Source: Flaccisagitta enflata
Taxonomy: Eukaryota
DNA length: 64,000 nt
Direction: 5' to 3'
Assembly: GCA_965153355.1 (NCBI GenBank)
Contig: OZ231126.1
Span: 45,446,001-45,510,000, forward strand
The notes beneath the pieces were generated by a model. That model did no database searches and had not been told where the DNA came from. It saw nothing but the letters and a program-made list of their open reading frames with translations. Positions 34,428 through 49,201 of this stretch are shown here, piece by piece (position 1 is the stretch's first letter; every line of letters begins with the position of its first letter). The position numbers and the translations under genes are program-made.

Positions 34428-34733
34428 GTGCGAGGGACACACGCAGGTACTTTGATCTTTTGACCTTTTTCTAAGAAAAAAGAGACTTTTTACCGCCATT
34501 TATCAATTATCATGCAGACATCAACACCTTTATTTAACGAATCGGAAGTTAAGCTTTAAACTTGTAAAGAAGTATCCGGATCCAGCGTGTCTAATAAAAA
34601 TAAACTCCTTACCAGTAATGGCGGCTGTCGCCCTGAGGAAAAAAGTCGTAAGCATTGGTTACTTTTTACCATCTTCAGTCACTGAAATTTCGTTAGATCA
34701 AATCAAAAGCAATTGTATGTTTTGACTGCACTG

Positions 34734-35170
34734 AAAATCAGAGAAAAATAGGACTGAGCCAAATGAGCTAGATGAGCTAAAGTAATCAAAATGATTCAAC
34801 CAGACAACCAGCTTTGCTCACTGACATGCTTTCTTGTATTTGCATGCTTAAATCAAAACATTAATTTATTTATCCTGTTTAAAATCAGAGAAAAAGCACA
34901 AGCTAAATGAGCTAAATGAGCTAGAATACTTGAAAACGCCTTCACAGATGAGCAGCTCTGCTCACTGACATGTTTTTTTATTTGCTTGCTTAAACAAGTT
35001 TAAAAATATTCATTCATTTATCATATTTAAAATCAGAAAGAACAGACTGAGCTAAGTTAGCTAAATGAGCTGAAATGCTCAAAAACGCCCTCACAGATGA
35101 GCAGCTGTGCTCATAAACATGTTTTCTTGTATTTGCATGCTCAAACAAACATAAATACACTCTTTTATTG
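34734..35170. repeat. About 3 diverged ~148-bp tandem units
   Basis: AAAATCAGA..GAGCTAAATGAGCT..TGCTCA..ACATG..TATTTGC recurs at ~34734, ~34881 and ~35029. Confidence 0.7.
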
Positions 35171-36456
35171 ATCCTACACAAAATTATAAAAAATCAAAAA
35201 AAAATTTCATTTTAATTTTTCATAAAAAAATCTTTAAAAAATCATAGCGCAAAAAATATTTGTCGTAGAGCATTCTGCTTGGCGCCAAATGAAAGAGAAT
35301 TATCAAATTTACTTACCCTATCAATTTCATTGGAGGCCCCAATCGGTCGGTGGAGATGCTCAACTTTCCCATAAGAAAATGAAAACCCTGTTTCTCTCGA
35401 ATTTGTCAAAAAGTCGAAGACTGACTTTGACTTTTTTCCCGACGATTGTTTCAGTGGATTCTTGTAGTTCTTACGCGTCTTTTCTGTATCACAATCTACA
35501 GTCTGCAATCGAGTCCACAGTGTTTAGGTTATCAAAACTAGCGCATGTTATTCACACCTCATATCGGCATAATGATCGGTGAGGGCATGGGTAGTTTGCA
35601 AGATTGATTCTAAAGCAAGCCCGCGAGCCCGATGATCTCTATTTTGCTGTCGGGTTTTCATGGATGTGAGCCCGGGAGGCTCCTTCATAGTAGGCTAGAT
35701 ATCATGCTCACAAGTTGCATACATGCTGAATCTCTATTGGACCTATTGGTGATACTATACCTGTGAAATTTGATAATTTTCACCTACTGAATTGTTCTAT
35801 CATTCAATCTACGGGTCAGAAAAAGTGAGAACAGATAACGGTGCTTAATTTATGAAATAAAATTTTCAGAAAATTTTTTAAGTCGCGGACCGCCTATTCT
35901 GTCAGAGGAATTGTCCGTTTTGTTCAGTCAGAGTGTATTACCACGCGTTACTTACCCTATATGAATGACTAGCCGCATTTCTTTTCAGGTGGCGCTATGC
36001 TAAGTTGCTGGCCCCTCATGGGTGTGGATTGAAAAATTGCGTGACATTCTTCTCGCACTATGACGCTGAAACTTGTGACGACCTGATCCCCAGGTCGTTG
36101 CAAATATGTTGGAAGCGAATGCCAAGTACACAGAGTCGAGATATGGAGGGAGTGTGGATTTCTTTATATAATGCTTTTCCGACATAAAATCAATTAGGTC
36201 AAATGAGATAAGAGAGTTTGTTGCGGTAAAAAGTTAAAAACGGACGATCGTGCTTAGTTTATTCCACCACATAGATTTTAGTGATGACAAAGTAGTATCC
36301 ATCGGTAATCAATAGGAAAAGTCTTCTTATACCGCTGAAACAAAATATTTTCACTAATTGCTTCAATATGCAAATTAGGGTTTTATGACGTCCTGTGTCG
36401 GGCTCGCTGTTTTTCGGTGTTTTTGTTAGAAGTGAGCCCGGAAGGCTCAGTCACAG

Positions 36457-37068
36457 AATAGTCGCAAAAGCGTTAGATGGTCAGCGATACCCGTTGCCCC
36501 TATGTGTGTGAGTGTGAGGTGGTTAGAGGGGCAGCGGCCCCGAAGGGGCCGATGACCTATGCCGTTTTTATTTGGGCCTGAAGGATGGAATTAGGGCCTG
36601 GAGGCTGCAATTGGGGCCTTGAGGCTTGGATTAGGGCCTTGAGGCTGGGATTTGAGCTTCAAGGCTGGGATTTCAGCTTTGAGGCTGAGATTTGAGCTTC
36701 GAGGCGGGGATTTGAGCTTTACAGGTGGGATTTGAGCTTTGAGGCTGGGATTTGAGTTTCAAAGCTGGGATTTAAGCTTCGAGGCTGGGATTTGAGCTTC
36801 AAGACTGGGATTTGTGCCTTGAGACTGGGATTTGAGCCTCAGGGCTGGGATTTGAGCCTTGAGGCTGGGATTTGAGCCTGGAGACTGAGATTTGAGCCTG
36901 GAGACTGAGATTTGAGCCTTGAGGCTGGGATTTGAGCTTCGAAGCTAGGATTTGGGTCTCGAGACTAGGATTTGAGCCTTGAGGGGGGGGACGGAGAAGA
37001 AGGAGGAGAAGAAGAAGAAGGAGTGAAAGCATAGGTCATCGGCCCCTTCGGGGATCGCTGCCCAAAAA
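36457..37068 (-). mobile_element. Family A element with a 21-bp minisatellite core
   Basis: AATAGTCGCAAAAGCGTTAGATGGTCAGCGATACCCG tail, subterminal inverted repeats, GAGGCTGGGATTTGAGC repeats. Confidence 0.75.
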
Positions 37069-37250
37069 GCTAAAATCAGGCATGATAGTTTGTTGCTCTG
37101 CACTTAACAATTCATTGTCGAAAGATGTTCCATCATACGATGTACATGAGCAAGCTGTGCATTGTGCAAGTTGTGCAATGTGCATTGTGTAGTCCAATAA
37201 CATAGCCAGTGTGCTCTAGTCATAACATGAATATGTTTACTCTCTTTATC

Positions 37251-37343
<93 letters not shown>

Positions 37344-37379
37344 TCTCTCTCTATATATCTATCTATCTATCTCTATCTC

Positions 37380-37450
<71 letters not shown>

Positions 37451-37500
37451 AGAGATCTACTTTGCATAAGATCGTTTCGCTTAAGTCTCAGCACATTTAC

Positions 37501-37702
37501 CTGCCACGTGGACGGTCGTAGGCGTCGGCGTCGGCCGTGGCTGGAGCGGCGCCGTTGGCGGCGTCGGCAGCGGCGGACGAGAAGGACTGAGAGCGCGCCG
37601 GGACCGGAGAAAGCGGCGCCCCCACGTTAACGTAGATCGCGGATTCCTTAATGGCCCATTCTTGATTCTCTTGATTCTCTTCAATCCGTTGATGGGGAGG
37701 TG
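37501..37702 (-). CDS. Candidate exon of a second gene (low-complexity, Tyr motifs YVNV and YDRP)
   Basis: GC-rich island bounded by TTCAG| and CAG|GTAAAT; open frame PPHQRIEENQENQEWAIKESAIYVNVGAPLSPVPARSQSFSSAAADAANGAAPATADADAYDRPRG. Confidence 0.5.
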
Positions 37703-37719
37703 CTGAACGGTAATGAAGA

Positions 37720-37769
<50 letters not shown>

Positions 37770-38089
37770 GAAATAGAATGAGGGGCAGAATTTTTATACT
37801 GTAATTTCCATCACAAAAAAAAAAAAAAAAAAAAAAGAAGAAACGTGATGTCGGCTAGATGAAACAAGTTGCAATAGGTAAAATCAAATCAAGGATAGTG
37901 TTTCTTCTCCTTTTTCTGTGAAATAAAAAGGATTTGGGGGTTGAACTTATCATTTTTCCTCAGATGAGATCTCGTTAAGTCACATGTCATGTTAAGTCAC
38001 TTGTCGTTAAATCACATGTCATGGACTCATTTGAATAAGGAAAAGTAACATGAGGTTTTCATCGACGACTTTTGGCGACTGTGACTAGG

Positions 38090-38499
38090 ACTAGGAGTGA
38101 TGCGCGTAGTAACTAGTCAGTGAGGGCTCACAATGCCCTCTTCCATATTTTTCAGTTTGGGTATAGTGAGGGATATTGTTCCACCTATCATACTACTCAG
38201 TACCTTGGATAAGAATGTCCGGTGGTCGCATTAAGCTTGACCTCGATTCTATCCTACAAGGGTATGGTTTCTTAACAATGTTACCCTCGGGTGAGTTGTT
38301 GAATTTTGGTCATTAAGGTAACAATCATTAGCCCTTATATATTTTGGTAAGAAATAGTGTTTTGGATGTTTGCAAGTTAGTTTTACTAAATGGAAAACTA
38401 GGAGTGATGCGCGTAGTAACTAGTCAGTGAGGGCTCACAAGGCCCTCTTCCATATTTTTCAGTTTGGGTATAGTGAGGGATATTGTTCCACCTATCATA
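38090..38499. repeat. 103-bp direct repeats (38090-38192 and 38397-38499)
   Basis: One mismatch seen; the whole block is flanked by GACTGTGAC at 38077-38085 and 38501-38509. Confidence 0.88.
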
Positions 38500-39415
38500 T
38501 GACTGTGACCACGTGAACTTTTAAATCGCCAATATCGATATTGTGTACGTAAAAATTGATAAAAGTTCTAGACCATATGAAAGCCCTTCAAAATTTCTTT
38601 CATCTGCTATTGATATCTTATTTCGTATAGAAATGGCAATAGGTTGAATAGAAACATGCCCAGTGTAGTTTCACTATCTCTTTATAAGAGTTGCATTTTA
38701 GCAGAATAGACTTTGTCTTAGGAGGGCCTCTAAACCGTTTGAGATGCAGACATGGGATTGGACAAGAATGAAAGATTTTTTGAAAATCTTCAAAACTGTT
38801 GCATTTGAAAGTCGTTTGGATTGTTTCTCTTATCTGTTTTATCAGTTAACAAATGGATGCGTCTTTTTTCATTCAAGTAGTTAAATGTTGTCTAAATTTT
38901 ATAGATTGAAGTGACGCGGGGTCACAATATCGTTGCGGACGGGTGGGCAGGGGCATCCAACCCCCATCCACACCCCAACCCACCCCCAACACTCAAACAT
39001 ACACAAAAAGTATCGAAAACGCTCGTTTTCCCACTTTTCAACTTGATCACCATGATGGACGGACCGATGGAAGGACGGACGGACAAAGCCTCTTATAGAG
39101 ATGCGTGTCCGCAACTATAAATGATTCATGCGGGGATGAAAAACGAAGCGAAAAGCATTCGGGACAAATCAGTTTGCATGTGAGGCCAAGACTAGTAGAG
39201 ACAGATTAGGATGAGTTGAGATCTTGAGATGAGCCAAGAAAATGTGTAACGTGAACGTTAGACCTCAACACCTTTTTCGTTGTGAGGACGAGGCACTTGC
39301 CAAAACATTGTCTTCCTTTTCATTTTTGACTTGGTCACGACGGGTTGAGAAGAAAAGAAAGTCGCTTTGACAACTGCGCAAGCATTGAAGGTGGTGCTCG
39401 TCATTTTCTCCACAC

Positions 39416-40410
39416 TTTTTAGTCGCGTGCACGGGACTCTACACCCCGCTTTGTCGTTCTGTCGGTCCGCTGGTCCGTCGGTCCGTCCGTCGCACCGTGG
39501 CTAAAAACCACCCCCGACGCAGACCGGAGACCAACCAACCCCTTAACCAACCTAAACCACCATCACCGTGGCTAAAAACCACCCCCGACGCAGACTGGAG
39601 ACCAACCAACCCCTTAACCAACCTAAACCACCATCACCGTGGCTAAAAACCACCCCCGACGCAGACCGGAGACCAACCAACCCCTTAACCAACCTAAACC
39701 ACCATAACCATGGCTAAAAATCACCCCCGAACAGACCGGAGACCAACCAACCCCTTAACCAACCTAAACCACCATCACCGTGGCTAAAAACCACCCCCGA
39801 CGCAGACCGGAGACCAACCAACCCCTTAACCAACCTAAACCACCATCACCGTGGCTAAAAACCACCCCCGACGCAGACCGGAGACCAACCAACCCCTTAA
39901 CCAACCTAAACCACCATCACCGTGGCTAAAAACCACCCCCGACGCAGACCGGAGACCAACCAACCCCTTAACCAACCTAAACCACCATCACCGTGGCTAA
40001 AAACCACCCCCGACGCAGACCGGAGACCAACCAACCCCTTAACCAACCTAAACCACCATCACCGTGGCTAAAAACCACCCCCGACGCAGACCGGAGACCA
40101 ACCAACCCCTTAACCAACCTAAACCACCATCACCGTGGCTAAAAACCACCCCCGACGCAGACCGGAGACCAACCAACCCCTTAACCAACCTAAACCACCA
40201 TCACCGTGGCTAAAAACCACCCCCGACGCAGACCGGAGACCAACCAACCCCTTAACCAACCTAAACCACCATATGGTGGGTCCGTCACACCATACTTTTT
40301 TTTGGGTTTTTGCGGTCTATGGCCTCATAGCTCCTGCCAAGATAATGTAGTGACCTAAAAAACAGCCCCCCCCCCCCCCGACTGGGGTAGCCGTGTATCC
40401 GGCCTTGTTT
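39416..40410 (+). mobile_element. Family B element expanded by an internal tandem array
   Basis: TTTTTAGTCGCGTGCACGGGACTCTA start, GTCC/GTCG microsatellite, AGCCGTGTATCCGGCCTTGTTT end. Confidence 0.75.
39493..40272. repeat. Tandem array of 11 x 71 bp
   Basis: Unit CACCGTGGCTAAAAACCACCCCCGACGCAGACCGGAGACCAACCAACCCCTTAACCAACCTAAACCACCAT; most copies are identical. Confidence 0.95.
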
Positions 40411-41177
40411 ATAGAAGAGACGATTTGACATGGCAAATCTTGCATGGAGATGGAAATGGGAAATTTCCGTCGATTTTTTGTATCAGCCTGTCAACTTGGC
40501 AGAAAGGACTACGATTTTAGGATCGAAACTTAACCTTGCTGTACCAGATAAAAAACCTCATGCTCTTTAATCTTTTAATTATTCAAGACTAAAACGTTCA
40601 TCATTTAAGAATTAAAACATCCTTTTTCGCCACTATTCTATAAAAACACGCCTGACGCAAGCCGTTTGGCTTCTGTTTAGTTTACCAGCTTTATCTTCCT
40701 CCCATCACCGTTGGTCATATCTTTTCTTTTCCTTTTTTTTTTCTTTTTTTCATCTTTTCTTTTCTTTTCTTTCCTCTTTTCTTTTTTATTTCTTAACTTC
40801 TATCCATACTACTTTTTTCTTTTTTTCTCGAGATCGACTGGAGAAAACTTAACCTGAATTTCGTGAGCATTTCCTTTCATGTTGGCCCGAGGCGGCTTTT
40901 CAACATCTCATTTTTATCTTTTTTACCTGATATCTTCAAGACTTAATTCCCCGAATTTCAGCCGTCGGCCTCTCACTCATCACCATTCAAACGGCACGAT
41001 GGCGTCAAACGCTTCGGGATGCAACAAATGTCTTATTCACATAATTTTATCTATTCACAGTGGCTAAAAACAAATTTTTATTTAGTCACGGATTTGCGAC
41101 TCTATACATGGCTTTGGCTCTCCTGAGGTCTGTCTGTAAGTTTGTTGTTCCATCTGTGATGCTTGAAAGTTTGAATA

Positions 41178-41390
<213 letters not shown>

Positions 41391-41404
41391 GGTGTGTTTG
41401 TGTG

Positions 41405-41496
<92 letters not shown>

Positions 41497-41733
41497 CGGT
41501 CTGTGGAGGAGGGGGGAGGAGTTATGTGCCTCTACCTATCTCTCCGCAATGTTTTGTTACTCGGAGTTACTTGTTTTTTAGTTTTGTTTTGTTTGCATCA
41601 TCCACCTTTTATGGTATAAGAAAAATGTAGATAAAATGAATAATTGTTGAAATTGTTGTAAACATACGTCGTTTCAGTGAATTTCATCCCATTGCATAAA
41701 TGCCACTCCTTTTTTTTTTTCAACTCGCCTTAC

Positions 41734-41820
41734 CTTCGTATGGTTCGCCCCCGCTCTCCCTCTCCACCCATTCGTTTGCAGGATGCCAATTAGCTCTCAT
41801 CGGGTTTCCTTCGGCATGAT
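41734..41820 (-). CDS. Candidate upstream exon of the same putative gene
   Basis: Donor AAG|GTAAGG; phase-1 end joins 37702 in frame to give ..ESGGEPYEAPPHQ..; the acceptor (TTCAAG) is weak. Confidence 0.3.
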
Positions 41821-43957
41821 CTTGAATATAACATTTTCATCTGCATCCTCGCATCTCTAAATATGATCACACTATGTTTAAGACTTTCACATGTTTTGAA
41901 ATGTTACTGTTGTTGCTTCCCACACAAACAACCATCGACTATGTCATCTCGGGCGAACCAACAATCAAACAAACAAACAAACAAACAAACAAACAAACAA
42001 ACATCTCTACTGTTCCTGATTTATTTCTTCCACAGATAAATACCTGGTTCAATGTTTTCCTTCATTTCTTTCATGTAGCCCTGCATGTATCTTCCCCATG
42101 GCTTTTCAAATTTTCTACATCACCTATCTCCTCCATTCCCTCCCGGCGATCCAGGGCCAGATTCTTCTCCTCCACCTTGTTCAATTCCAAAAATCTGATT
42201 GATTCAATTTTCATTCCTTGAGGTACAATTTTCATTTCTCCTGGATTTTTTTTTTTTGGATTGCCCTCCTGGATTTTCTTTTTTTCTTCCCCTTTGAGTC
42301 CTTCCACCTGGATTCTCTTGCTATGCTTGTTCTCTTGCCGTTGGCAGCTCAACCATGCTTTATATTTCTTTTCTTTCTCTCCTAACATACAGCTGCATCC
42401 CGCTCTATAACGGATCCAAGAGTAACATAAATCCTCCTGCGATGAATTTGAAATCTAAGGACTTTTATCATTTATCTTTATCTCTTACAAAATTGATGCT
42501 AATCAAAATCTGCTTATGATTTAAGAAATCTTTTAGTTTCTTTACATCCGGTATTGCGGGGTTCAACTTTACCACGAATCCACGATCGAAGTTTTACGCA
42601 AACTATGGACACCTACAAGTTGAGTTAACACCCTCTGGTTTTAAAGGTCCTACACCGCCTTCTGTTGCCGCCCCTCCCTTCCTTTATGCAACGTTTGGAT
42701 GCATTTGCCGAAATCAGGTTATGACTCTGCTTTCTGAAGTGCCTTTCCTGACCTAATTGTTTGTGAGGAAGAACACCAGTTAAGTTAAACGCGTTTGTGC
42801 CCCCCGCCCGATCAGATTGTGTACCAGGAAGGCAGAAAATCGTGACAAAGTTGGGAGGAATGGACCGATTAAATAGATGGATAAATTTACCGACCGATTT
42901 CAAACTACCCATGATGGTCTTCTTGTAAACAACTTCGCACAAATTGCTCTGCAAAGTAATGACCGGAAAAATTAGATAAGGAAAATGTCCCATGAAGTAC
43001 CGACGCTAAGTAGACGCTAAGTAGACGCTTAGTACTAAAATCACAATTTAGTTAAAGTTTGGTCAAGTTGACTTTTTCCTTGGCGGTAATGGGAACAAGT
43101 CGTGTTGGTGCATTTGGTATCACCCGACCTCAGTGCTTCGGAAATGAAACCTTTTCTTACTCAAAATATTTACATTTCTATCGTATTGAATGATCATCAA
43201 ATCATATTTTCATAGGTAAAATTACAATATAGTAGAAGGTTAACGCCTATGAATATGATTCTATTCGGATTCATGAGAAGTTGAAGTTAGAAAATGATGT
43301 CAAAGCATAACTATTTGAAGGAACTTTTTGAGGTTATGGTTTCCTTTGCGCATTAACGATGGTTTTCAATTACTAATATCCACAGAAAGAGCAACACAAA
43401 AATTACAAACTAAGAGTGTTTGAGTAGCAAAACAAAAAGCATGAACGAAATGGGGACTGCCGAGACGGCTTCAACAGTGTCAGGGCAAGAGTATCTCTGA
43501 CGTTATTTCGGCTTTGCTTTGGGCGATTGTTATCTCTGTTTTAAATTAAGAATTCCAAATCGAGTCCACAGATTCTCGGAATCATATTCATAACGTAAAC
43601 GCTCCGGGGAATTTTTTCAACTCGGAAGAAAAAAAAATTTTGTTGTTGATTTTTGGTTCAACCTCAAAATGTATGATATCAATTATATTTCTTAAAAAGT
43701 AAAGCAGGTGTATCTCCTCTTTTATTTCCAACTGAGTTAAATATTTGCACATGTGCATGATGTCGGGAGAAAAAGAAGGGTGAAAGGGAGATTGAAAGAG
43801 GTGAAAAAGCTGAGAAAAGGGGAAAGAGAATGCAATGAGCAAAAAATGAAGTGAAATGAAGTAAAGGTAAGATGAAGATGAAGAAAGAAAGGAAAAAATC
43901 AAGAAAGAAAAACAAATTCAGATCGAAAGGAAGAAAGGAAGAAAGGAGAGAAAGGAG

Positions 43958-43992
<35 letters not shown>

Positions 43993-44070
43993 AACAAACA
44001 AACAAACAAACAAACAAACAAACAAACAAACAAACAAAGATAGAAAGAAAGACAGAAAGGGAAAGAATGA

Positions 44071-44154
<84 letters not shown>

Positions 44155-44388
44155 AAAAAAGACAAGAATGGAAAATGTAGGAGATGTAGTAGAAAGATCG
44201 ATGGAAAAATTAGAAAAACAGTAATTGCATCGAGCTAGCTTTCCTGTCTTCTCTTTCCTCATCCTTTCATCATGGGTGGATACAAGCACACCGTTCCAAG
44301 ACTTGGTATTAGGCATTTGCAACACAAGCCTGGAAGACTTAGTTATTTTCTTTTAAATACAAAAATTCATAGAAAATATTTTCAGTGT

Positions 44389-44560
44389 TTTTTAGTTGCG
44401 GACACGCAACTCTATAAGAGGCTTTGTCCGTCTGTCGGTTCGTTGGTCTGTTGGTCCGTCGGTCCGTCCGTCCATAAGCACGAGTCAAAAAGTGGTAAAA
44501 CGTGTATATCCGCCCCTGCCCACCCGTCCGCAACTGATGGCCGTGTATCCGGCCTTGTTT
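44389..44560 (+). mobile_element. Family B DINE-1/HINE-like short element (representative copy)
   Basis: TTTTTAGTTGCGGACACGCAACT 5' hairpin, (GTCY)n, 3' inverted GTCCGCAACT, terminal hairpin GGCCG-TGTATC-CGGCC then TTGTTT. Related copies at about 10705-10947, 17625-17742, 21989-22167, 22262-22460, 31432-31551, 32665-32823, 38905-39120 and 48560-48697. Confidence 0.75.
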
Positions 44561-45105
44561 TTATGCTTTATGAGTTATTGGGTTTCGATTTCAAGTTGTT
44601 TTTTTTCAGTGAACCAACATAATTCCCCTAATTTTTTGAGTCAAACATGAGGGTAAAAGGGGTGTATTTTGGCACTGTTTTCATGGATGTCATTTAGCTG
44701 CACTTTCAAGGTCTTCCTGTACTCAGGAGCGAATACCTTGCACTCAGAATGAATTCCCCATCTATGAACTATATCAAGAGCTATAAAATGGATCACTTCA
44801 ACATATTTTTTTGTAAAAAACAATATGACTAAGCCATAAATGATTCTATTACAGTAAATATAGGAATGTTGGAACGGTGAGCAAGAGCGTAAGCGATATT
44901 TGGTAACATTTTTTTTTTCTTTTTCCTGGTGAGGGTCGAAGTGAGAATGCACGTGTGTGTGCGCTCTTTTTCTTTCTCGTTATCATCGGCCGAGTTTTTG
45001 TTATTTCTGCCTTTCAGGTTTTTTTGTGCCTCCGTAGGTAATATACATACGCGTTTTCAGATTGAGAGGGAACAGATGTAATATCTTCATTGGAAAATCA
45101 TTACC

Positions 45106-45248
<143 letters not shown>

Positions 45249-45774
45249 AAAGGAAAGTGATAGAAATCTCTTGGATCTCTAACCTGAATTACTTATTTCC
45301 AATATTGACTGTAAGCCTATGACAGAATCGCACTTGTCCCAGTAAACTTTGTTGATGCATGATGTCTTTAATCCTAAATCATGATCTTATAAAACAATCC
45401 GAAGAAAAACAGAGTCCAATTTTGGTTTTGACATTCACGCACTTAAGTTAATGATAAAGAACTCGTTAAGAACACGTTAAGGCCAAAAGGTTGTGCAGTA
45501 ACCTGGCCATTTATGTCACATTCGTAAATATCATTTTTCGGAAAGCGATACCGTGTACGACGATCATGATTCATTGTCTGCCGTAGTAAACGGAGGACGA
45601 CTAGTACGAAAATACTCTAGTTGAGGCTAATGAAGACGATTTCTGAGAAGATATGGACCACGAATGTAACAATAATGCACACAAATATGATGAAGAGGGT
45701 GAAGACGAAGACTTATAAGATGTAAACACGAGATGCAATTAGATAAGGATCAAGGAAAACACAGAATCACTCTC

Positions 45775-45954
<180 letters not shown>

Positions 45955-46309
45955 CCACCTATACACTCTACTCATATATAATGAAAAAAGGGGTTAACAA
46001 AATCTTTTTTTAAGAAATAAATGAAAAGTGAAGATAAGGCAGAAACCCGGTCGAATGTTTAGCGAGATAAGAAAAACAAAAGTTTTTCGCTTCCTCCATT
46101 TTCTTCTTTTTTCTTTTTCTTCTTCTTCTTCTCCTTCTTCTTCTTCTTCTTCTTCTTCTTCTTCTTCTTCTTCTTCTTCTTCTTCTTCTTCTTCTTCTTC
46201 TTCTTCTTCTTCTTCTTCTTGTGAGTTGCGTGAAGCAATTCACTCATACTCCACTCTGTAGTTTGCGTCTTTTTTTTCTTCTGAAAGCCAAACAACAACA
46301 ACAACATTA

Positions 46310-46344
<35 letters not shown>

Positions 46345-46346
46345 GC

Positions 46347-46398
<52 letters not shown>

Positions 46399-46412
46399 CT
46401 ATATAAACAACG

Positions 46413-46578
<166 letters not shown>

Positions 46579-46586
46579 CGATGATG

Positions 46587-46620
<34 letters not shown>

Positions 46621-48166
46621 GAGCAACAGTTTGCTCAATCAACGACAAAGAAAACGGAAGTTTTCATAACTGCACAAAACAATAATCAAATTTATAATTC
46701 ACCTTTTCCCAATCTTTTCGTGAAACTAAATCCTTTTCTCGGCGAACTCTGTCTTGCAATGGGTTAAACACAGGCTTAGTCGGGTTGTAGGGGTGTCATG
46801 TAGGGGAGTCATGGTTAAGAAAGAGTTAAAAATAGAGGTAGAAAAGGAGAGAGGTAATTAGAGTAAAGTAGCGGAGGTCGCCCTGGGAGACTACAGGCGC
46901 CGAAACCTCGAGTTCACGATAACAAATGTTTCATTGAATAAACGTCTTTCTTATTGACTCAAATTCTCTCTTTCTTCTTTCTTCTATTTATATCATTCTC
47001 ATTTTCTCGGGAAAAACGATGGAGTTGTGTTTTTAAAAGATGGGTCCTAGTTCCGTAACAATTCATCAATGTCCAAACGGTTGAAAGTATTCGGGTTTTA
47101 TTCTCCTCCTTTGAATTGAAAATGAGACGAAACACGTTCTCCCTTTCTTTATTCGCAGGTGAGACTTGCGGGTTAGAAAGGGAGGGGGTGGAGGAGATAC
47201 GGATGGATGGAGATATCATGAGTAGGTTGGCAGGGAATCGCATGGGGGCCTGGGATTGATGGATCATGAAAGAAAGGAGAAGCTGGAGGAGGAATGGTTG
47301 CATGATATGGGAATGTGAAGAGGAGAAGAATATAATCGCAAAAAAATAACGTGGGGGGGTGGGGGGGGAGATGAGAGGAGGGAACGGTGGGAGGAGGAAT
47401 GTGATGCATGTGAAGAGGGGAAAAGGAGGTTGTGAGAAAAATTGTACAGGAACAGGACAAAGTTGGGAGACGCAGATTATTGTGCACGTGAAGGAATGGG
47501 TGGAGACGTGGAGACGTGAGAGGGGAAGACAATGGTATGGGAGAGCTAGAGTGTGGACTGTCGAAGGATGAAGTTATTGAAGGAGGAATGAAAGATAAAG
47601 TCGGTGGAAAGGTTTGGAGGGGTTGGGGGAAAAACGTATAAGGATGTATAAGGATGCATAAAAATCTATAAGGATGTACAAGGAGCCGGAAAAAAAAAGG
47701 TAAAAGAGTGAAAAGAGCGAAAAGGCCAGGTACATGGCCAAAACCGATCTCGGATGGGTGGATAGGATAGAAGGGACAGACAAAGCCTCTTATAGTCAGT
47801 ATTCCGCGACTAGAAATAAGAAGTCTGCATTGTCAGACTTTCACGCAAAACCATGTAGTTCGATTATCATAACTATCGTCGAAAGATATTTACTGGATCT
47901 ATATTAAGTTTTAAATAGAATCCTTTTGCAATCCAAATCCAAACCAATCCTAAGTAAGCGGTCAGGACGGGACAGGGAGCCCGCGCCGTAGATTGGTGTG
48001 GCCATCGGGGGAAAGCAAATATGCAGAGGAAAGAGAGTAATGAGAAAATCCTTTTGAAAAGTTGAGTCAGAAATAGACGAAGGTGAATTAAGACATCAGT
48101 AAAAAAATTGAAAAAAAAGAGTAAAAAAGAAGGTATGGAATGAAATTCGACCCGCATGAGAAACAG

Positions 48167-48227
<61 letters not shown>

Positions 48228-49201
48228 TGAAAGTTGAAGAGAGAACAAGCAGAGAAGACGAAAATTACCCTCCTTTTCCAGCGACTCACGGAGGGGACCT
48301 GTTAATTAATTTCATGCCTAACCGACCGTTGTGATGAAATTCACATGAAGCGTAATTTTGAAAGGTAAACGGGTGTTTTTCACTCAGGAGGGTCAATAAA
48401 ACTATTCTTACTAAGTTTGTTTCATTTACCCTCCGCTCTAGCAGTAACAGTAACAGGCAGTAACACACATGTCGGATAACACGCATGTCTGAGAACATGC
48501 ATGTCCGATAGTATCAAAGGTTTGAATAGAGTCAATCGACATACCAAAAAAAAATCTTAAAAAGGCCAAATAGGCCAATAAGGTGTAACGTGTGGATCGT
48601 CGAACGAATGCGATACCGACAGACCGACAGACAGACCAACCAACTGACCAACCGACGGACACAGCCAGTTATAGAGGTGCTTTGTCGCACCTAAAAACGG
48701 GATTGACAGGAATTGGGACAGAAGAGGGAAGGCATCAGCATTTGAAAAGATAGAAAAGTGAACAGACAAAGCCACTAATTGAAGATGAAATTAAGGCAAA
48801 CAGGGCGACCAATCAAATTTCTACCGTCTTAAGAACCTTTAAGTCTTTGTCAGAAAAGGGAAAGAAAGAAGAAAAGGAAGGAAGAAAGGTAATAGTCGCG
48901 AAATCGTATGATGATCAGCGGTGCCTGTTGCTCCTCATTTGTTTGTGCACATGCGGACATGCGGGGATTTGTTAATTGGAGAAAAAGTAGAGTAGAAAAA
49001 GCTGATTACCTATTTTTTGACATTTTGAGTCGATTTGACAGTGATCTGAGCCTCTGGATCTGAAATGTTTAACTCATTGCCCAAAATATGTGTAAAAGCA
49101 TAGGTCATCAGTCCCTTCAGAGCCGCTGCTCAAACAGCTACAGAGGAGAAAGAACCAATAAGAGACGTGAGAGCTTTATAACGATCTTAGGAGCAGTGTA
49201 C

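Noticed and set aside
34613-34655. Alternative cadherin first exon MLTTFFLRATAAIT
   Set aside because: Ends in phase 1, incompatible with exon 2, which needs phase 2; 31805-31738 fits both phase and signal peptide.
39493-40272. Regular array superficially like CRISPR
   Set aside because: Head-to-tail identical units with no unique spacers, no cas genes, and a eukaryotic context.
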